Shown here piece by piece: positions 1 to 5,997 of a stretch of 17,917 nt of DNA. The translations under genes were made by a program, and so were the position numbers. Origin of the DNA: Verrucomicrobiota bacterium (GTDB lineage: Bacteria; Verrucomicrobiota; Verrucomicrobiia; JABWAM01; JAHFSZ01). The stretch is from NCBI GenBank assembly GCA_023265515.1, contig JAHFSZ010000048.1:1-17917 (forward strand), in the 5' to 3' direction. Within the stretch, counting starts at the first letter, position 1. Each line of letters begins with the position of its first letter. The notes under the pieces are model-generated. The model ran no database searches. It had not been told where the DNA came from and was given only the letters and a program-made list of their open reading frames with translations.

Positions 1-1
1 T

Positions 2-7
2 TATAAT
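2..7 (+). promoter_or_regulatory. Possible -10 hexamer (TATAAT) upstream of the SPFH gene
   Basis: Perfect TATAAT at 2..7. It lies about 57 nt upstream of the ATG at 64, which would imply a long 5' UTR. No -35 can be assessed because the window starts here. Confidence 0.15.
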
Positions 8-63
8 CCCCGGCTCATTTTGTAATTGGGAATCGCAAAGGACTGTGGTACCTGCATGAAAGC

Positions 64-930
64 ATGAAGAGGGATGACAACCGACAACCCATCATCCCCA
101 TCCAGAAAGGCATTGAATTTATGACCCCTCAAAGCATCGCCCGACTCATCGGCATCGCCATCATCGTTTTTGTCGTCATCATCGTTGGTTCCACCTCGTC
201 GTACGTGGTTCAGCCGGGTTATCGAGGCGTGGAGGTTACCCTGGGAAAAGTTTCCCCGGCGTTCAAGCCCGAAGGCTTCGGTTTGAAGACGCCGTTCATC
301 ACCACGATCGTTCCGGTTTCGATTCGGCAGCAGACCAAACCGATGCCGGCGGAGTGCTACTCCTCCGACCTGCAGCAGGTGAAGATGGATCTGCGCGTGC
401 TTTACCGGATTCCCGAGGGATCGGTCGTGAAAATTTTCCAGCAGTTCGCCGGTGACCCCTTTGACAGCTTGATCGCGCCTCGCGTGAACGAGGCATTGAA
501 GGAAGTCACCGCGATGCAGAGTGCCGAGATGATCGTCAAGAAGCGCGAAGAGATCAAAACCAAGGCGCTTGAGTCGGCGCGCCTGAAAGTCGGGGGTATT
601 CTCATCGTTGAAGACATCGTCCTTCAGGACATTTCGCTCACGCACGAACTGGAGTCGGCCATCGAGGCCAAAATGGTTCAGGAGCAGGAAGCCGCGAAGG
701 CCAAGTTTACCCAACAGAAGGCCGAGATCGAGGCGACCACGGCGATCATTCGGGCCAACGGCGAGGCCAAGTCGATCAGCATTCGCGGCGAGGCGCTCAA
801 GCAAAACCCGACGTTCATCGAGCTTCAAATCGTGGAAAAGTGGGATGGCAAATCCCCGCTGGTCGTTGGAGCGGGTGCGAGCGGGACGGGCATGCTGCTG
901 CCGCTCGGCGAGTTGCAAAGGGCGCGCTGA
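64..930 (+). CDS. Prohibitin-family SPFH/band-7 domain membrane protein
   Basis: The 288-aa ORF has an N-terminal TM segment (IARLIGIAIIVFVVIIV) followed by an SPFH core. The stretch ...EDIVLQDISLTHELESAIEAKMVQEQEAAKAKF...AEIEATTAIIRANGEAKS closely parallels eukaryotic and bacterial prohibitin ([33 protein letters not shown]...). The start could instead be the M at 124 (MTPQS...). Confidence 0.88.
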   Translation: MKRDDNRQPIIPIQKGIEFMTPQSIARLIGIAIIVFVVIIVGSTSSYVVQPGYRGVEVTLGKVSPAFKPEGFGLKTPFITTIVPVSIRQQTKPMPAECYSSDLQQVKMDLRVLYRIPEGSVVKIFQQFAGDPFDSLIAPRVNEALKEVTAMQSAEMIVKKREEIKTKALESARLKVGGILIVEDIVLQDISLTHELESAIEAKMVQEQEAAKAKFTQQKAEIEATTAIIRANGEAKSISIRGEALKQNPTFIELQIVEKWDGKSPLVVGAGASGTGMLLPLGELQRAR

Positions 931-1130
931 TGAATCCCCGCCGGTTCGCCGCATTGATCAGCCTGGTTGTTTTGATCGGCGTCATGCTCGTGTTGGCAAC
1001 GATCTTTCCCATGGTCCTCGGGTTCGTGGAAATGGCGGCGCGGGAACTTCGCTACTTGTGGTGGCTGATCCTGCTGGTGGCGCTTGGGATCTGGCTGGTT
1101 TGGGGCGTTGGAAAAAAGCCTCAGCCGTAA
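930..1130 (+). CDS. Small two-TM membrane protein, translationally coupled to the SPFH gene
   Basis: ATG at 930 overlaps the SPFH stop (TGATG, codon 928..930). The 66-aa product MNPRRFAALISLVVLIGVMLVLATIF...WWLILLVALGIWLVWGV has two hydrophobic helices. SPFH genes are commonly paired with a small membrane partner. The ORF track lists a longer form (840..1130) that overlaps the SPFH gene and is less plausible. Confidence 0.5.
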   Translation: MNPRRFAALISLVVLIGVMLVLATIFPMVLGFVEMAARELRYLWWLILLVALGIWLVWGVGKKPQP

Positions 1131-1139
1131 GGCTCCGCA

Positions 1140-1715
1140 TCACCCATCCTTTTGGGCCTTCTTCAACTCGCCCAGCACATACAACCCGACGATGGTCCCG
1201 AAGGGGATGAGGGGAATTAAAATAATGGCGCCGATGGCGCTGACCGGCTGGGCCCAGCGGCAGTTTCTCCTGACGCCGTTGCCGATGAGTCCGTAAACAA
1301 ATGCGGCGACAAGCAGAATCGACCCGATAATGGTCAACGTGTATTTGTGTCGCGGCAGAGCGTAGAGGCAGAGCAGGGAGCCGAGCAGGCCGAGGATCAG
1401 GGCCAGGACGTACCAGCAGGTGCCGATTGCCTGGAAGTGCCGGTTATTTTCGGTATCCTTGGCGTCCTCGGAGATGTGACCGGTGGCGAAGCTCGGGCCA
1501 TCCGATACCACCGCGATGTGCTGGGAGGAACTTTCCATGACCGGCTTCCTCAGCGCCTCCAGCTGGCCGAGGGGCACCCATTCTTCCAGGCCCTTGTGCC
1601 AGCCGAGATCTTCGGCGGAAAGCTCGCGATCGCGCAGGAGCCGGTTGATCTGGATCGAGTCATAGGGCCCCAACTGCTGGCCATTACGGTTGACGTAAAT
1701 GGAGATCAAACGCAT
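1140..1715 (-). CDS. DUF4339 (GYF-like) domain-containing membrane protein
   Basis: The N-terminus IYVNRNGQQLGPYDSIQINRLLRDRELSAEDLGWHKGLEEWVPLGQL matches the DUF4339/GYF_2 signature (Gxx-GP-s.eel..l...g.i..dtlvW.eGm.eW.p). The C-terminal half has 3-4 hydrophobic TM helices. Confidence 0.7.
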   Translation of the reverse strand: MRLISIYVNRNGQQLGPYDSIQINRLLRDRELSAEDLGWHKGLEEWVPLGQLEALRKPVMESSSQHIAVVSDGPSFATGHISEDAKDTENNRHFQAIGTCWYVLALILGLLGSLLCLYALPRHKYTLTIIGSILLVAAFVYGLIGNGVRRNCRWAQPVSAIGAIILIPLIPFGTIVGLYVLGELKKAQKDG

Positions 1716-1755
1716 GCGGCTTCATTGTAGACCATCGACGGGAGTTGTAAACAGA

Positions 1756-2127
1756 TCATCCGCCGCGTCTCGCTCTGTCCTCCTCCTGCTCGGACGCCAG
1801 GTGCAGCCGATGGAAAAATCGATGGACGACCGGCGCGAACAGGATCCCCATGATACTGATGAAGGCAAGGCCGCTGAAGAGCGCGTAAAATCCTGCGAAA
1901 AGCTTGCCGGGAGTGGTCTCGAGTGGATGGAGTGGGCCCATGCCGGAGAGGATCATCGATGCGTCGGCGAAGGCGTCGATCCAGGGCTGATTTTCGAAGA
2001 AATGATAACCGACCATGCCGATGCCGAGGGAAGAGGCGATGATCAATGACGCAAACAGGGCACCCCATGCCAGCCGCAGGAGAAAAGCCGGCCTCGGAAG
2101 GAGCGGCGCCTTGTGATGCTCGAACAT
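1756..2127 (-). CDS. Small membrane protein with a 2-TM/pore-loop-like architecture (possible degenerate Ion_trans_2-type channel fold)
   Basis: The 123-aa product reads TM1 (LAWGALFASLIIASSLGIGMVGY), then a loop with an amphipathic segment (PWIDAFADASMILSGMGP), then TM2 (FAGFYALFSGLAFISIMGILFAPVV). This resembles the K+-channel pore-helix/filter topology but carries SGMGP instead of TVGYG. The alternative frames in this interval (1706..2182 -, 1699..2049 +) give Arg/Pro-rich or acidic junk. Confidence 0.45.
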   Translation of the reverse strand: MFEHHKAPLLPRPAFLLRLAWGALFASLIIASSLGIGMVGYHFFENQPWIDAFADASMILSGMGPLHPLETTPGKLFAGFYALFSGLAFISIMGILFAPVVHRFFHRLHLASEQEEDRARRGG

Positions 2128-2253
2128 GCTTGCCTGTTTTGAAGGAATCGGAGCCGGGCCTCAAGATTATAAAAACTGGCATGGTTGTCGGTTAAACGGG
2201 CCGCAACAAATTTCAATCTTTGTTCCGCTTGTTTTTTCCATTCTAATTGGCGG

Positions 2254-3441
2254 ATGGAACGGGGCGACCCATGGCAGGACACTGTGGTGATCGGCGGCGG
2301 GGCCGCCGGTCTGATGTGCGCCATCGAAGCCGGTAAGCGCGGTCGCTCGGTCGCGGTGCTTGAACATGCAGACCGTATCGGCAAGAAAATCGGCATTTCG
2401 GGCGGCGGCCGGTGCAACTTCACCAATGTCTACGCCTGTCCGGAAAATTTCATCTCCGCACATCCGGACTTCTGCAAGTCGGCGCTTGCCCGCTACACGC
2501 CGGGCGACTTCGTGGCGCTTGTCGAAAGGCACGGCATCCGCTACCACGAGAAAAAACTCGGCCAGCTGTTTTGCGACTTCAGCTCCAAGGAAATCATCCA
2601 GCTTCTGCTCAAGGAATGCGAATCCGCCGGCGCCGCAGTCCGGCTCAACTGCAAGGTCAGCGCCGTCCGGAAGGAGGGGGAACGAAAGTTTGTCGTCGAA
2701 TCGAACCAGGGAACATTTTCCTGCGAGTCGTTGGTGATCGCCACCGGCGGCCTGTCGATTCCGAAGATCGGCGCGACAGATTTTGGCTACCGCATTGCGG
2801 AGCAGTTCGGCTTGAAAGTGACGGAACGGAGGCCCGCACTTGTCCCGCTGGTGTTCGCGCCCGAGGACCGGGCAAAATACCTGGAGTTGTCCGGAGTATC
2901 CGTTCCGGCCGTGGTCCGGCATGACGGGACGGAGTTCCGTGAAAATATTTTGTTCACGCACCGCGGGCTGAGCGGGCCGGCCATTCTTCAGATCTCCTCC
3001 TACTGGCGCGAGGGTCAGACCATCGAGATCGATCTTCTGCCGGATTTTAAAGCCGATGAATGGCTTCTTGAAAATCACAGCGGGAAGATGGAACTCGTCA
3101 ACCTGCTCAGCCTGAAACTGCCGCGCCGTTTTTGCCAGGTCTGGTGCGGCTGCCACGCACCGAGCCGGCCCATGAACCGGCACAAAATGCAGGAGCTCCG
3201 GCAGATCGGACACCTCCTCAACTGGTGGCCTGTCCGGCTTGCCGCCAGCGAGGGATACGAAAAGGCGGAGGTCACGCTCGGCGGTGTGGACACGGCCGAG
3301 CTCTCGTCCAGGACGATGGAGGCGCGGAAGGTCCCCGGCCTGTTTTTTATCGGCGAAGTCGTCGACGTCACCGGCTGGCTCGGCGGCTTCAATTTCCAGT
3401 GGGCGTGGGCGTCCGGCTTTGCCGCGGGGCAGGTGGTTTGA
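2254..3441 (+). CDS. NAD(P)/FAD-dependent oxidoreductase, HI0933/BaiN (YhiN) family flavoprotein
   Basis: The product starts MERGDPWQDTVVIGGGAAGLMCAIEAGKRG, with a GxGxxG Rossmann dinucleotide-binding motif. It also has ...IGKKIGISGGGRCNFTN..., ...LVIATGGLS... and a C-terminal GEVVDVTGWLGGFNFQWAWASG, all typical of the HI0933-like/BaiN family. The ORF track starts at a TTG at 2185; the in-frame ATG at 2254 gives the canonical N-terminus. Confidence 0.85.
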   Translation: MERGDPWQDTVVIGGGAAGLMCAIEAGKRGRSVAVLEHADRIGKKIGISGGGRCNFTNVYACPENFISAHPDFCKSALARYTPGDFVALVERHGIRYHEKKLGQLFCDFSSKEIIQLLLKECESAGAAVRLNCKVSAVRKEGERKFVVESNQGTFSCESLVIATGGLSIPKIGATDFGYRIAEQFGLKVTERRPALVPLVFAPEDRAKYLELSGVSVPAVVRHDGTEFRENILFTHRGLSGPAILQISSYWREGQTIEIDLLPDFKADEWLLENHSGKMELVNLLSLKLPRRFCQVWCGCHAPSRPMNRHKMQELRQIGHLLNWWPVRLAASEGYEKAEVTLGGVDTAELSSRTMEARKVPGLFFIGEVVDVTGWLGGFNFQWAWASGFAAGQVV

Positions 3442-3463
3442 CAGAGGCGCGGATTCTGCAAAA

Positions 3464-4654
3464 ATGGAAGATGCAAAAATGAGCAAGAGCCTGAAAATCT
3501 TCGGAAAGCATGACGAAGCAACCGTCAAGCAGATCGAGACATGCCTGGCGGCCGGCGGCGAGAAGGCGGTCCTTTGCGCTGATGGACACAAGGGCTATGC
3601 CCAGCCGATCGGCGGCGTAGTCGCTTATAAAAACAAAATCTCAATCTCGGGCGTCGGATTCGACATCGCCTGCGGCAATATGGCGATCCGGACCGACGCA
3701 ATGGCGGGAGAGATCGCGCCACACATCGACCGGATCATGGACGACGTGGTCCAGCGCATCTCGTTTGGCGTGGGCCGCACGAACCCGACGCCGATCGATC
3801 ATGAGCTGTTTGACGACGCGATCTGGAACCAGCAGCTGTTCAAGTCGTGGAGGCACATGGCCCAGGAACAGTTGGGCACGGTCGGCAGCGGCAATCACTA
3901 TGTCGACATTTTTGCCGACGAGGAGGACCGCGTCTGGGTTGGAGTTCATTTTGGTTCGCGCGGTCTTGGCCATAAGACCGCGACTTATTATCTGCAAAAG
4001 GCAGGCGGCAAGGATGGCATGGACGTGGCGCCGGCGGTTGTGGAGGAATCCTCGGCCATCGGCCAGGATTACCTGGCCGGGATGAAGCTGGCGGGCCGCT
4101 ACGCGTATGCGGGTCGTGAGTATGTCGCCCGCACGGTCGTCCGCGACATCCTGCGGGCGAACATTGTTGAAGAAATCCACAATCATCACAACTTCGCCTG
4201 GCTGGAGAAGCACGGCGCGGACAACTACTGGGTCGTGCGCAAGGGCGCGACGCCGGCATTCCCGGGACAGAAGGGCTTTGTCGGCGGAAGCATGGGTGAC
4301 GATGCCGTCATTGTCGAGGGCGTCGACTCAAACGCTTCGCGCGAGGCGCTTTTCTCAACGGTTCACGGGGCGGGGCGCGTCATGTCACGTACCGCGGCGA
4401 AGGGGAGATTCGAGAAGGTGGGCAACAAGCGTGTCCGCCAGCCGGGCCTTGTCCGTCACGATGAGATGATGAAATGGCTTCACCAGAGAGGCGTCCTCCT
4501 GCGCGGCGGCGACCTCGACGAGGCGCCGCAGGCGTACCGTCGGCTGGCGGATGTATTGAATTCGCATGCAGGCACGATCCGAATCCTGCATACGCTCCGC
4601 CCGCTGGGTGTCGCGATGGCGGGCCGCAACATCGTGGATCCGTACAAAGATTAG
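3464..4654 (+). CDS. rtcB: RNA-splicing ligase RtcB (3'-phosphate/5'-hydroxyl RNA ligase)
   Basis: RtcB signature blocks are present: CADGHKGY (metal-binding Cys/His), GSGNHY, HFGSRGLGH, HNHHNF, GGSMGD, HGAGRVMSR and a C-terminal D.YKD. This matches E. coli RtcB (GTGNHF, HSGSRGIG, CHHNY, PGSMG, HGAGRVMSR, AYKD). ATG at 3464 (MEDAKMSKS...) lies 22 nt after the upstream stop. The track's 3239 start overlaps the upstream gene and is Arg/Ser-rich. Confidence 0.9.
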   Translation: MEDAKMSKSLKIFGKHDEATVKQIETCLAAGGEKAVLCADGHKGYAQPIGGVVAYKNKISISGVGFDIACGNMAIRTDAMAGEIAPHIDRIMDDVVQRISFGVGRTNPTPIDHELFDDAIWNQQLFKSWRHMAQEQLGTVGSGNHYVDIFADEEDRVWVGVHFGSRGLGHKTATYYLQKAGGKDGMDVAPAVVEESSAIGQDYLAGMKLAGRYAYAGREYVARTVVRDILRANIVEEIHNHHNFAWLEKHGADNYWVVRKGATPAFPGQKGFVGGSMGDDAVIVEGVDSNASREALFSTVHGAGRVMSRTAAKGRFEKVGNKRVRQPGLVRHDEMMKWLHQRGVLLRGGDLDEAPQAYRRLADVLNSHAGTIRILHTLRPLGVAMAGRNIVDPYKD

Positions 4655-4697
4655 TTCAACGGCCTGGTTGTCCGCGGCCTCACCGCGCGAGTATCAG

Positions 4698-5180
4698 TCA
4701 CTTCTTTTTCAGCGCGGCGATCTGTTCGGGAATCTGGCTGAAGGTGCCGGCTTCGCAGCAGCGGACGAAGCATTCGGTGACCGACTTGAGCTCCTCCCAC
4801 CGGTCGCGGATGTTTTTGGATTCGGCGTGCGTGATCCGGTTGTCGGCGGCGGCCGAGGCGATCTCGGCGAGCATGTCGGCGAATTCCTGGACGATCTCAT
4901 TGGTCGCGGGAATCAAATAGTAAGGCTGAGGCTGGGTGGTCACGGGATTCCTGATGAAGAACCCACCGGCGCGCTGGCAGATCCACTGGACGATCCTTGG
5001 ATCCTTGGTGCCCCTGAGAAGGGCCTCGATCCGGTCGAGCGGATTGGTGGTGCCGCTGGCGGACTCGCCCTGCGGTTGGGCCCATTTATAAATCATCGAC
5101 GCGGACAATCCCATGTCGTCAGCAATCTGTTTGGGACTGACCTTATCGAAGACTTCCTTGAGGAGTTGGTGTGATTCCAT
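4698..5180 (-). CDS. HTH-domain transcriptional regulator, phage CII-like
   Basis: The 160-aa product has an N-terminal HTH (VSPKQIADDMGLSASMIYKWAQPQ) resembling the lambda CII/YdaS-type helix-turn-helix (..VGVDKSQISRWKR..), followed by an alpha-helical C-terminal region. It is convergent with rtcB. Confidence 0.6.
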   Translation of the reverse strand: MESHQLLKEVFDKVSPKQIADDMGLSASMIYKWAQPQGESASGTTNPLDRIEALLRGTKDPRIVQWICQRAGGFFIRNPVTTQPQPYYLIPATNEIVQEFADMLAEIASAAADNRITHAESKNIRDRWEELKSVTECFVRCCEAGTFSQIPEQIAALKKK

Positions 5181-5386
5181 ATCAGCGGCTCCCGGCCGGC
5201 TGGTTGAGGAAGGTGACGACGCCCGTATCCAGATTGTAATAGGCGCCGATCACCCTGATCTTGCCTTGTTTGGCGAGGGTGGGGAGATGCCTCGAAAGTT
5301 TCATGGGGGGCGAGCTTACGCGCATGACACGCAGAAATCAACCATCGCGCTCGATGGCGCCGACCAGACAACAGCCGTCGTGTGCG

Positions 5387-5818
5387 CTAGTGAATCTTCC
5401 TGCAAACGATGCGCGACTGGATGAGAAAACGGAGGTACGGCCGTTGGTCTCCCGGATGGGCGTTCGGCAGCCAGGCCTTGATCGTGCCGGCCCTGGCTTC
5501 GGACATGCTGACCGGAGTTTGGTCGGCGACGTAAGCGTCGACGAAGATCTCAAAGCGCCAGACATGCTTGCCCCAATCGGTATTCGGATCGGGCGAATAT
5601 TTAAGAATAAGAACGCCGGCCTCATTCGTTGCTCCTTCGGCAAGAACGCCGCCGGGTCCACTGATCAGGCTTACCTTCGCGCCGCGAATCGGCCTTCCAG
5701 CCTCATCGATGACCGTGATATGGACGACAGTCTTCGAGGTCCACGGGATCGAACCAGCGATCAGAATGACGGCGGCCAGAATCAAAAGGGTAAGCAGGAT
5801 TTTCGCAGGAGCTCGCAT
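5387..5818 (-). CDS. Signal-anchored secreted protein with a carboxypeptidase-regulatory/Ig-like beta-sandwich segment
   Basis: From ATG at 5816..5818 the 143-aa product starts MRAPAKILLTLLILAAVILIAGS (charged N-region plus hydrophobic core). Then ITVIDEAGRPIRGAKVSLISGPGGVLAEGATNEAGVLIL resembles CarbopepD_reg-like domains. The longer form to 5956 adds an implausible Arg/Ser-rich leader. Confidence 0.5.
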   Translation of the reverse strand: MRAPAKILLTLLILAAVILIAGSIPWTSKTVVHITVIDEAGRPIRGAKVSLISGPGGVLAEGATNEAGVLILKYSPDPNTDWGKHVWRFEIFVDAYVADQTPVSMSEARAGTIKAWLPNAHPGDQRPYLRFLIQSRIVCRKIH

Positions 5819-5997
5819 CGGTTCAAAAGCAACAATGCCATGCCAGAAGCGGCTTTTGCTGCCAATGGAAGATGGCCGGGGTCTCGACAAATTGCTATCC
5901 AGATCGATCCCAAAATGGAACCGGTTCCATCTAGCCCCACGAGCGATCGAACGCATGCCTTGATAATTTTGAGATAGCTCCTAAACTTTGCCGCCTG

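Noticed and set aside
1-954. 317-aa minus-strand ORF overlapping the SPFH gene
   Set aside because: It is antisense to a gene with strong prohibitin homology. Its translation is Arg/Gly/Leu/Asp-rich with no recognisable domain, which is typical of spurious antisense ORFs in high-GC DNA.
3239-3463. N-terminal extension of the rtcB ORF back to 3239, overlapping the end of the BaiN-like gene
   Set aside because: The extension is Arg/Ser/Pro-rich (MPPARDTKRRRSRSAVW...) and overlaps the conserved C-terminus of the upstream gene. The ATG at 3464 gives an RtcB-like N-terminus.
2167-3591. 474-aa minus-strand ORF spanning the BaiN-like gene
   Set aside because: It is antisense to a flavoprotein gene with a clear GxGxxG motif. 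Its translation is Arg/Pro/Ala-rich, and its start is an alternative codon in the ORF track.
4655-4697. Possible bidirectional terminator between the convergent rtcB and HTH genes (GGCC...CCGCGGCC)
   Set aside because: Only short imperfect palindromic segments are present. No convincing GC-rich stem of 6 bp or more with a flanking T-tract could be built by eye.
5819-5956. Upstream extension of the signal-anchored protein gene to an ATG at 5954..5956
   Set aside because: The extra 46 residues (MRSIARGARWNRFHFGIDLDSNLSRPRPSS...) look non-coding in composition. The internal Met at 5816..5818 is immediately followed by a canonical signal peptide.
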